DNA from: an uncultured archaeon
Lineage (GTDB): Archaea; Aenigmatarchaeota; Aenigmatarchaeia; GW2011-AR5
NCBI GenBank assembly: GCA_964373695.1
Contig: CAYJVT010000005.1
Span: 1 to 21,527 of the forward strand
Length of the DNA: 21,527 nucleotides
Reading direction: 5' to 3'
The translations under genes were made by a program, and so were the position numbers. Positions 11,901 to 16,367 of the stretch are shown here, one piece after another (position 1 is the stretch's first letter; every line of letters starts with the position of its first letter). Below the pieces are notes generated by a model. That model was not told where the DNA came from. It was given only the letters and a program-made list of their open reading frames with translations, and searched no databases.

Positions 11901-13254
11901 AAGTTCGCAGGAGGACAACTTCGGAAGCAGCAGCACGGTCGAAGTCCTGTCAGCGGGCTCTCAGTTCATACAGCCGGCAGTATCGGTTTCCCATTCGCCG
12001 GCAGAGCCGAACCTCGGCGAGACGGTGTCCGTAACCGGAACCTCCTCCAGCACCAACATAAGGCAGATAAAGATATACGTGGACGACGGCGTCGTGTCGT
12101 GCAGCACATCACCCTGCACCTATTCAGCCACGTACAGGAGCGGCACGCACAGGTATTACGCCACGGTGGAGAACACGTTCCTGCAGACGGCAAGGGACCC
12201 GCCGGCCAACAATTCCTACAAGAGCTTCACGGTCAGACCGACAGCCGGCAACGCCACGCAGGCTGCCGGATGCTCCATAGTGATAACGTCGCCTTCGTGC
12301 ACGTTCAACAGCAGGACGAGCAGGTACGAAGTCTCGGCCGTGTACAACTGGAGAGGCGGCGATCATTCAAGGACAATAATAGACGGCCTGGAGAAGATAC
12401 AGACTCCCGGCACGAGCAATTTCAGCTACTCCGAGCCGTTGCCGACTCCAGGCGACAAGAACATCATCGCCAAGGTTCAGGACTCGTCGAACAGGGACCT
12501 CTGCTCGACCTCCACACGGCTCACGTGCAGCCCGGCCGCGCCGAAGGAAGAGCTCATCGTCACTAGAGAGATGCCGGATGTCTCAAAGCTCGGGTTCATC
12601 GCCGTCAGGCTCAACCTGGCTCCCGGCCGCGACATAAACAACTTCACGATAAAGGAGCACGTGATTCAGGGGCTTTCGCCGCTCAACCTTGCGGTGCAGT
12701 CCAACACCAGCTTCGCCAACATATCCGGCCCGAGAAGCGTGAGCCTGGACCGCGACTATTCGCAATACACCATATCGACTGCGCTGAAGGACGGAAGAAA
12801 TGTCAGCATATCATACAGACTTAACATAGACAAGGAGGGAGAGTACGAATTCCTTTCAGTGTCGGAGTACGAAGGAAAGAAGAAGGAGGAAAGGGCTACA
12901 CTACTTGTGACGAACTGCGAGCAGCCCGTATATACGCTTGCCGTGTCGCCTGACGGGGAATGCAAGAAGTTCAGGACGGCCTGCGAGGTGCCTTTTGACT
13001 GGAGAAGGGTCGACCAATGCCCGATTCTGAAGAGTGAGACAGATGCGACCGGCGAGGAAGGCGGAGGAGGAGACTCGACGCTGGCGATAATCGTAGTCGT
13101 TGTCGTGCTGGTGGCCCTCATAATACTTTCGTGGAGATACGAGGACGAGATAAGGGAGAAGATAAAGGAGCTCAAGAAGAGGATAGAGGAATGGCGGGAA
13201 GGAAAGGAAGAGAAGAAGCCTTGGGAGAATGAATACCGTGCAAATAGCGCTTAA
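2995..13254 (+). CDS. Giant (3419 aa) Cys-rich cell-surface adhesin-like protein, single-pass membrane anchored
   Basis: Uninterrupted 10.26-kb ORF. N-terminal signal peptide MRKALLVAFVLMIYADVAFS. Four invasin/intimin Big_1-like domains (~6979-7266, 9031-9321, 9865-10158, 10462-10752), three DxxPP...T-x-E-x-A-x-C-x-Y modules and eight C..CE(Y/W)xC..GxxC modules. C-terminal TM LAIIVVVVVLVALIILSW (13081-13134) followed by a charged tail. Confidence 0.92.
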   Translation: MRKALLVAFVLMIYADVAFSQSLFTPFPNPVDNSEGCRIAIITGRGEINIFTSGGQRIGTMTEGPKYSSRFNYYYYYYETSNLQGRGSYYMQFRGTDGKIKKGVFTVEQGLKFQDGRPRCAASELLEREPEEEALPPEYNLEGIISDSALSTVIRTTIDILFARPLEASIQPVEQSTVPQSLKSVNSLLYTVTLRNPNSFPLDAKIDNLEDITRPATLSITRAGAPLAAGRLAQIAGGGELAVQLTVSSPDECPNVGDTCRKDFSIKVSSYQGTRKIGDATVSAAYILVSSPSPKIMPVENEATEKEGAINAITRQGAPVEYSFYVFDDESVNSGFVPYDVLLTQRKLTGTGTWAVSVQSRVTIEKIVQKTVGGITEMKDGMKRVTVSVSPPSQSPSNSLKPGDEATFEITARRSGTTDAGSKVVIKYTISTHGDGVCDPDESTETYPQDCKADDLFGCAFNGRCERREDNGVSFSAALKTDNPRNYDFLICKSGVAEDVCLRAVSNVQQECSFTKNMKGPWEPKSCIAGTRVLPQGASAHEVFSACADKIGEYYLLAATRGISPQKIKSANTYRYECPFIDIPSIDGVITNLRQTRTNMNGQKATLIEENNEIQTKELAGTATSKEISTKAQNAICIDTYASIFLEIDSRIASLTNILNTPSLSAASQIYGDKSLYEWDADFQGDIALRQANGCFSELRSILNIESATFTPASVRGGESVALRVVVTKTGTQDYYGSVSCNITKPGESKQTIQLTPQCVRISEEIKNFGAEITTANSGALTGTCTVYGSLKNDCSSATIHDKKDVSGSVYSIQYSVSSVSGSNAICTDASGAAAPATMPCTVTLNGNEQARTGFAAHPEYGATNFTCARCSITRSSGKTEECTFTSRNGLSSVFNCQAAGVGTYNLKGYVVDNEDCKPATPQDSQTSGILSTDYLCYGPGDGSLTAGEECDPARTAQQTVTDCNNLGRSSPHWTCNQQSRCVDSTAPAISNIGISGTSILQASTNEVARCKYDEQDKPYYNTMTPDETPYGSSHRWTVLGLTNTPRTLYIKCTDGTNIGTATFDASLSAACTGTAPQNAVLCTDDDSELTSGAARTLVEQCSANKCEYICDASSGYVKQGNSCIKPNEPPVISGVAMQGSCIIGNTITVTCSASDPDGTLSSPSGVIKINGATQPATFANGVYTTSAYQIIQTAGTEIKATCFVTDSSRESTNLTGRLCTVQVCPNMPTFNSISISPKEPPKGGLVEIRFTSSKALTQNPQIIIKAGSTQAAAAIDSSRSSGLNYVYSARLPAYAGDAMLVIRGQSEANCIGEATRPFLAVASAGAPKPSSVIVTANPAAISADGTTRSTIAATFRNAAGAPMPYESTVSLSTTSGSIMPSCATRADESTCFAYLTSSQTPGEATVTAAWNGLSGITAVSFLTPAPTDIYPPNIFNPKPVSGSVVQTRTPSVSITTDESATCKYATQLNAASASAMTPSNGGLLHTAILTLTDGTNTIYFRCRDTAGNEGNDYRYIISYQATEPPSITCGGTAPSGAGVVKSSASGAGTWSYKETGTLNACEWRCADTHVKDGNSCVPRQTATPTCTDVTAETMQVCAGDDIVEKNTRRTLVTACTNAVKCEYQCKPGYRISGDSCVQETSPTGTDCTNPPQFAQLCPGDNSNQAAALVDACTAETKCEYMCITGRVREGSTCTSSSEFSATATATPETPIAGQQFTLSVEFANTNRLFADGLSAGRQICSSSPCILTDTKTSAGTYTYTFWNSELSRSVKKSVTVRASNAPAVEPVFAEPSICQSGGALRLKCRVSDADAADRESFDVEFYAGRCESNTLGNTRNCFDTREWADSSGSYRLLGGKESTGLYSVLFNIPSDSSGKGIAATCRARDQTGEYSRWGDAYPLCVVDVCDNAPRIMTLQTYRGSEQRTQFTAADTLSVKFTSDRALSNAAVRIKTGTNEYDAQRSGSSTAPYEFRLPLSGVQAGNAQVVVSGYQDASCIGSRLADINVEETRTGQTPSSLRLTSSPFAEASGGKKKTTVTATFLDNAGNPMPFAASLVFEVMEGLAMISPPTCSTTPTQSSCAVDVTETTGDASIRARTGTLTSNTLRIEFSSATPACSGTAPSGAGVVKSGALGAGTWSYKETGTLNACEWRCADTHVKDGNSCVPRQTATPTCTDVTAETMQVCAGDDIVEKNTRRTLVTACTNAVKCEYQCKPGYRISGDSCVQETSPTGTDCTNPPQFAQLCPGDNSNQAAALVDACTAETKCEYMCITGRVREGNTCVLSQGGTSIPGRPVSLRVVSNPASIEIGGGSRTSEITATFLNNAGNLLPFAGTITFTTTAGSLIQTSCPTNAQQSSCGVMLQSSNTAGIARVTATWENISNVANVVFTSPASDTTPPNVVNPQPLETVTSLPMTLSFQTDESARCRYSRTPGTAYGNMQSTTPLGRAHQWTLDGLTNGLQRFYIRCEDEARNAAQQDFQHSFNVQVAGNQQVTLLRISPSNPSIQANGVSTTAITARFTNSAGETLASARTVDFTTTAGRLLQNSCSTTPSETTCSVILRSSTTPGIATVSATSGTLSYETGVQFTEQPQPSCTGTLPANSELCSGDNAGLSTDTPITLVSSCSSPKCEYRCIAGYAKQGDTCVPSSSTTQLYNTEIMSLSVVNETPVTTPINASIGIANKRNEARSALVTCRFNSTAVTSACTALAANGNALVQISSLANAPGITTITCSVNSTTAASCQSSALDHTYPSAATTLVTEPKMLYILSGSVPQSLVRGTPINAQISVRNPIEVRYGRVSCTFDRPGGSTVINSSQCLPVGQNSERAYSVPTYADVSGIWMLNSCNVTTSRSSDCSLTDNVSTRTFNSAVNILDRTQLTINSISALLASVQLGDESAVNVSVSNPAQIDKFARVSCRVTRPNSGQNQYSSQCTPMAFQTSKQFLLNFTPTMAGTWTISSCSVDGSVNSDCSASSQEDNFGSSSTVEVLSAGSQFIQPAVSVSHSPAEPNLGETVSVTGTSSSTNIRQIKIYVDDGVVSCSTSPCTYSATYRSGTHRYYATVENTFLQTARDPPANNSYKSFTVRPTAGNATQAAGCSIVITSPSCTFNSRTSRYEVSAVYNWRGGDHSRTIIDGLEKIQTPGTSNFSYSEPLPTPGDKNIIAKVQDSSNRDLCSTSTRLTCSPAAPKEELIVTREMPDVSKLGFIAVRLNLAPGRDINNFTIKEHVIQGLSPLNLAVQSNTSFANISGPRSVSLDRDYSQYTISTALKDGRNVSISYRLNIDKEGEYEFLSVSEYEGKKKEERATLLVTNCEQPVYTLAVSPDGECKKFRTACEVPFDWRRVDQCPILKSETDATGEEGGGGDSTLAIIVVVVVLVALIILSWRYEDEIREKIKELKKRIEEWREGKEEKKPWENEYRANSA
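7587..8068 (+). repeat. Copy 1 of a 482-bp intragenic direct repeat
   Basis: By eye it matches 9342-9823 (offset 1755) at 480/482 positions. It encodes three Cys modules. Confidence 0.95.
9342..9823 (+). repeat. Copy 2 of the 482-bp intragenic direct repeat
   Basis: Differs from copy 1 only at agcagcgcttcg vs agcggcgctttg (SSASG vs SGALG). Confidence 0.95.
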
Positions 13255-13657
13255 GTCCGTAGTCATAATAGCAGTCGTAGTCTTGCTACTCGCGATACTG
13301 GGCATCTTCGTGCTCTCGCAGGCCGGGCAGTCCGGGACAAGCGCTTCGTACGACAGGATATTCTTCGCAGGATGCGAGCAGATACAGCAGAGAGGCTGCG
13401 ACTGGGAGGAGGTCCAGAACAACGCCGACTTCCTCAGCGCGTGCCAACATCTTTATGGCAAGCAGTACGAGGCGTATTCATGCGTAAACAGGTTCTGCTC
13501 CTCGTGCCAGAAATTCCAGACCAAGGAAAGCGTCATGTGCGGCGGCTGGTGCGACGGGGTCAACGCGGCCGCCGGCATCGCGTCGCCTTACATGAACAAC
13601 ATATGCAATTCCTATATCCAGTGCAAGTCCTCATGCGGCATATGCAGCGGCTACTAG
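13229..13657 (+). CDS. Small Cys-rich membrane-anchored protein, archaeal type IV pilin-like
   Basis: 142 aa. N-terminal hydrophobic helix QIALKSVVIIAVVVLLLAILGIFVL, then a domain with 12 Cys. Overlaps the end of the giant gene by 26 nt. The start could instead be GTG at 13238. No clear K/R-G prepilin cleavage motif. Confidence 0.6.
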   Translation: MNTVQIALKSVVIIAVVVLLLAILGIFVLSQAGQSGTSASYDRIFFAGCEQIQQRGCDWEEVQNNADFLSACQHLYGKQYEAYSCVNRFCSSCQKFQTKESVMCGGWCDGVNAAAGIASPYMNNICNSYIQCKSSCGICSGY

Positions 13658-13667
13658 GATTGATGCC

Positions 13668-13677
13668 TTTTTATTTA
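13668..13677 (+). promoter_or_regulatory. Candidate TATA box for the tRNA (may also serve as the T-rich terminator of the surface-protein operon)
   Basis: TTTTTATTTA about 35 nt upstream of the mature tRNA 5' end. Confidence 0.4.
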
Positions 13678-13731
13678 CTTGCGTGACTATAGAAGAATTT
13701 GTATCAGAAACGGGCCTGTAGCTCAGCCTGG

Positions 13732-13770
13732 ACAACTTTTTGAAAAAAGTTGTATCAAAAATCGGGGAAA
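13732..13770 (+). other. Non-canonical D-loop tRNA intron (about 36-39 nt; exact splice sites uncertain)
   Basis: Insertion between AGCCTGG and TAGAGC. CCTG (13727-30) can pair with CGGG (13763-66) as the central helix of a BHB-like motif. A strict BHB reading (13733-13768) leaves a 12-nt D-loop, so the boundaries are not resolved. Confidence 0.75.
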
Positions 13771-13788
13771 TAGAGCACCTGCCTTTTA

Positions 13789-13829
13789 ATTTGGAAAAGG
13801 TTTTTGATTGACCTTTTTCCAGAAAGGTC
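13789..13829 (+). other. Canonical 37/38 tRNA intron (41 nt) with bulge-helix-bulge motif
   Basis: C32-U33-U34-U35 pair with intron AAGG (13824-27). Bulges are TA|A and TC|A. The outer helix is TTTGGAAAAGGT / ACCTTTTTCCAGA. Confidence 0.9.
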
Positions 13830-13890
13830 AGCAGGGAGTCGCGGGTTCGAATCCCGTCGGGCCCATTAATTTCTGTCCTTCAGTATAGAA

Positions 13891-14127
13891 TCACTTGGTC
13901 TTTCTTCCGAAATGCACGGTCTTGACCTTCTGGTGCTTTCCCGGGATGGTCCTGCGGTTCCGGCTGTTCACGTGCTTCCATCTCCAGCTTTCCTTCCTTA
14001 TCTTAGGCATGGGAAAACCGCACGCGCTGCACTTCTCAAGGCGCTTGTGGTAAGAGTGGCGGCCGCATCTCCGGCAGCGTATATGTACGACTTTGTTGTG
14101 CTTCCCGAAGGATGGCGTTCCTTTCAT
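13891..14127 (-). CDS. rpl37e: 50S ribosomal protein L37e
   Basis: [33 protein letters not shown] is the L37e zinc-finger signature. It lies directly downstream of Sm, the conserved archaeal gene order. Confidence 0.96.
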   Translation of the reverse strand: MKGTPSFGKHNKVVHIRCRRCGRHSYHKRLEKCSACGFPMPKIRKESWRWKHVNSRNRRTIPGKHQKVKTVHFGRKTK

Positions 14128-14129
14128 CC

Positions 14130-14354
14130 CTAATCACTCTTCTCAGGAGAAACGTAAAGTATGTTGTCGCCGCGGACAAGCAGGGTGCCGAGCCTGGTCT
14201 TCTCGCCGTCGCTGTTCTGCTCGGCGCTCTCAAGCCACATGTTGAGATGCAGGTCCATTGCCTGTAATATACCTGATATCTCGGCCCCTTTCTTGAGCTT
14301 TATCAGGACCCTCTTCCCTTTCGCATTATTCAATACATCTATCGGTCGTTCCAT
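14130..14354 (-). CDS. lsm: Archaeal Sm/Lsm RNA-binding protein (SmAP1)
   Basis: [36 protein letters not shown] (Sm1 motif) and [13 protein letters not shown] (Sm2 motif). GGAGGG SD upstream. Confidence 0.96.
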   Translation of the reverse strand: MERPIDVLNNAKGKRVLIKLKKGAEISGILQAMDLHLNMWLESAEQNSDGEKTRLGTLLVRGDNILYVSPEKSD

Positions 14355-14374
14355 TGAAAACCCTCCAAATTCCG

Positions 14375-14427
14375 CAGAAACCGCCGGTTTCTGGGATCTT
14401 GAAGGAGTCAGCGACTCCTTCCAAGAT
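14375..14427 (-). promoter_or_regulatory. Two tandem stem-loops in the predicted 5' leader of Sm-rpl37e
   Basis: CAGAAACC-GCC-GGTTTCTG (14375-14393) and ATCTTGAAGGAGTC-AGC-GACTCCTTCCAAGAT (14396-14427, one bulge). The hairpins are seen directly; a regulatory role is inferred. Confidence 0.55.
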
Positions 14428-14454
14428 TAAAATAGTCTTATTAGGACGCATACT

Positions 14455-14462
14455 TTTATATA
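14455..14462 (-). promoter_or_regulatory. TATA box of the Sm-rpl37e unit
   Basis: TATATAAA on the minus strand, predicting a transcription start near 14432. Confidence 0.55.
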
Positions 14463-14496
14463 CACAATTCCAGGATGCATGAGGGATGAAGCATGG

Positions 14497-14504
14497 TTTT
14501 TTAA
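14497..14504 (+). promoter_or_regulatory. TATA-like box for leaderless rps8e
   Basis: TTTTTTAA centred about 26 nt upstream of ATG 14527. Confidence 0.5.
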
Positions 14505-14526
14505 GCATAGAATGGAAGAAAAACAA

Positions 14527-14904
14527 ATGACAAAATGGCAGATAAAATCCGGAAGAAAGGTCACGGGAGGCCTCCTGAGGAGGCACATGAAGAAGAAGCG
14601 ATACCAGCGCGGGATGGACTTCGTACCTGTGCACGTCGCGGAAACCAGGAAGCGCAAGCTGCGGACCATGGGCGGCAACATGAAGGTATCGCTGATAGCC
14701 GCGAACACGGCCAACGTCCTTGATTCCGGGAAATACAAGAAGGCGAAGATACTGACAGTCCTCGAGAACAAGGCCGACCCCCAGTATGTGAGGCGCAACA
14801 TAATAACCAAGGGCGCGGTAATACAGACCGAGCTGGGGAACGCGCGAGTCACGTCGAGGCCGGGCCAGGACGGCGTCATAAACGCTATTTTGCTGAAGAA
14901 ATGA
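14527..14904 (+). CDS. rps8e: 30S ribosomal protein S8e
   Basis: KWQIKSGRKVTGG..RTMGGN..RRNIITKGAVIQTELGNARVTSRPGQDGVINAILL. ATG 14527 (125 aa) is preferred over the track start 14479 on family length and TATA spacing. Confidence 0.96.
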   Translation: MTKWQIKSGRKVTGGLLRRHMKKKRYQRGMDFVPVHVAETRKRKLRTMGGNMKVSLIAANTANVLDSGKYKKAKILTVLENKADPQYVRRNIITKGAVIQTELGNARVTSRPGQDGVINAILLKK

Positions 14905-14914
14905 GGTGAACATT

Positions 14915-15097
14915 ATGAGACTTGTCAGGCACGAGGAAACGGGGCCGAAGGAAGTGAAGAGCGATGGCTCAGTGTGGGCGTGCATGTGCGGACTCACAGG
15001 GAACAAGCCCCTCTGCGACGGCTCCCACAAGAAAACAAAGGACGAAGTTCCGGGCAAGACTTACGTCTATGAAGGCGGCTCGAGAAGTGAAGTTTGA
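14915..15097 (+). CDS. CDGSH iron-sulfur (2Fe-2S) domain protein
   Basis: Exact CDGSH motif C-M-C-G-L-T-G-N-K-P-L-C-D-G-S-H. SD GAGGTGA precedes ATG 14915 (60 aa). Confidence 0.92.
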   Translation: MRLVRHEETGPKEVKSDGSVWACMCGLTGNKPLCDGSHKKTKDEVPGKTYVYEGGSRSEV

Positions 15098-15144
15098 TTC
15101 TTGTACCATAACTGGTATCTATATGCCATTCCCAGATTCATATC

Positions 15145-15240
15145 ATGCAGTGCATAGTGTGCAGCTCCTCCCCGGCCCTGACAAGGTGCATGGGGGACGT
15201 GTGCGCCTCGTTCTGCACGGCCCATCTGGGAAAAACTTAA
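15145..15240 (+). CDS. Putative 31-aa zinc-finger microprotein (not in ORF track)
   Basis: Translates to MQCIVCSSSPALTRCMGDVCASFCTAHLGKT, pattern CxxC-x8-C-x4-C-x3-CxxH. TATA-like TATCTATATG at 15116-15125 has leaderless spacing. Confidence 0.55.
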   Translation: MQCIVCSSSPALTRCMGDVCASFCTAHLGKT

Positions 15241-15274
15241 ATTCTTTGAAAATGATTGATTATCAGGTGAGTTC

Positions 15275-15697
15275 ATGAGAAATCTGGTTCCCATATATGC
15301 CGTTCTGACATTGCTGTTCCTGGGATACATATTCGTCGTCGAGGACATAACAGGCTCTAGATTCGTCTTTGACAACGGCGGCCGGGACTCCAAGCTGAGC
15401 TTTTACGACTTTTCCATAATAGGCGTGGCCGTGTTTTCCGGGCTTCTCACAGTCATATCGACTCTGTCCTTCAACAGAAGAAAGAGCCAGAAGCTGTTCA
15501 TGGTTTCCATGGCCTTTTTCATATTCACGCTGAAAAGCATATCCGACGCGATTTTCAACCACTTCATAGGCGGCTATTACCTCATAGGCGTCCTGACCCA
15601 GGGAATGGAGCTTCTGGTTCTCCTCATATTCTCGTCAGTTCTCCTTTTCAGGAACGAGCCTGCTGCAGAGCGGGGGGCGGCCGGAAAAAAGAAGTGA
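15275..15697 (+). CDS. Small multi-pass membrane protein of unknown function
   Basis: 140 aa with about four hydrophobic segments. SD AGGTGA; upstream AAAAAC-TTAAAT promoter-like motif. Closely coupled to the HTH gene. Confidence 0.85.
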   Translation: MRNLVPIYAVLTLLFLGYIFVVEDITGSRFVFDNGGRDSKLSFYDFSIIGVAVFSGLLTVISTLSFNRRKSQKLFMVSMAFFIFTLKSISDAIFNHFIGGYYLIGVLTQGMELLVLLIFSSVLLFRNEPAAERGAAGKKK

Positions 15698-15707
15698 GTT
15701 GCGTGAA

Positions 15708-16238
15708 ATGGAAAATCCAGAAAGGTTCCTTAACCTAGAGATAAGGAGAAGAATATACGACTGCATAGACGGCTCCCCTGGCATCCATTTCCGCGAGATA
15801 CAGAGGAGAGTCGTCATCGCCACCGGCTCCCTCGACTACCACCTTCATTTCCTCCACAAGAACGGGCTCCTGAGGACCGAAAAGGAAGGGAAATACCTCA
15901 GGTATTATCCCGTGACGAAGAACTTCGACGTGGAGGAGAAGCAGATACTATCCCTCCTGAGAAACGACAAGATAAGGCACATACTCATCTACCTCATAGA
16001 GAACAAGAGGTCGCTCCCGACGAGGATGGCGGAATACCTCGGCGTGTCAAACTCGACGCTTTCATGGTACCTGAAGAACCTCGAGGAGAAGGGCGTGATA
16101 GCCCAGACGAAGAAGGGGAGATTCCGCATATACCGCGTGAAAGAGCCGGAAAAGATAGTCAAGTACATAATAATCCACAAGAACAGCTTCCTTGACGAGA
16201 TAGTTGACAGGTTCGCGGACGCCTGGGAGTCCGTGTGA
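15708..16238 (+). CDS. Winged-helix transcriptional regulator with two HTH domains (COG3398-like)
   Basis: RRRIYDCIDGSPGIHFREIQ..GSLDYHLHFL..G and ILIYLIEN..MAEYLGVSNSTLSWYLKNLEEKGVI. ATG 15708 is preferred over TTG 15699. Confidence 0.88.
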   Translation: MENPERFLNLEIRRRIYDCIDGSPGIHFREIQRRVVIATGSLDYHLHFLHKNGLLRTEKEGKYLRYYPVTKNFDVEEKQILSLLRNDKIRHILIYLIENKRSLPTRMAEYLGVSNSTLSWYLKNLEEKGVIAQTKKGRFRIYRVKEPEKIVKYIIIHKNSFLDEIVDRFADAWESV

Positions 16239-16273
16239 AAAACTTTTTATTCGGGGCTATGCAGAAATTAATA

Positions 16274-16324
16274 ATGCCTCCAAAGAAAAAAGGAAAGAAG
16301 AAGAACGTGTGCGAATTCTGCTGA
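16274..16324 (+). CDS. Putative 16-aa basic micropeptide ending in CxxC (not in ORF track)
   Basis: Translates to MPPKKKGKKKNVCEFC. AAAAAC-TTTTTATT (BRE/TATA-like, ~16239-16251) is centred about 26 nt before the ATG, and T-tracts follow the stop. Confidence 0.5.
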   Translation: MPPKKKGKKKNVCEFC

Positions 16325-16367
16325 TTTTTATTTTTAGCTTTATATCCAGCCTCCGGCCATTAGTTTT

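Larger units (their letters stand above)
13712..13865 (+). tRNA. trnK: tRNA-Lys (anticodon UUU) interrupted by two introns
   Basis: Acceptor stem GGGCCTG/CGGGCCC with discriminator A13865. D stem GCTC/GAGC. Anticodon stem CCTGC/GCAGG with loop CT-TTT-A|A. T arm GCGGG-TTCGAAT-CCCGT. CCA is not encoded. Confidence 0.93.

Noticed and set aside
11778-12566. 262-aa alternate-frame ORF and other short ORFs inside the two large 5' genes
   Set aside because: They are fully nested in strongly supported genes, and their Arg/His/Gln-rich composition is typical of off-frame translation of GC-rich codons.
13021-13140. Archaeosortase PGF-CTERM sorting signal
   Set aside because: There is no PGF motif before the TM helix and the cytoplasmic tail is long, so a plain type I anchor fits better.
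13732-13830. CRISPR repeats
   Set aside because: There are only two copies, in opposite orientation, with different arms, both inside a tRNA, and there are no spacers or cas genes.
13712-13865. tRNA as an integration site for an island carrying the surface genes
   Set aside because: I saw no duplicated tRNA 3' end and no integrase, and core genes follow the tRNA directly.
14326-15057. 243-aa minus-strand ORF (also 14427-14879 and 14161-14430)
   Set aside because: These are antisense or alternate-frame shadows of rps8e, CDGSH and Sm with no recognisable motifs.
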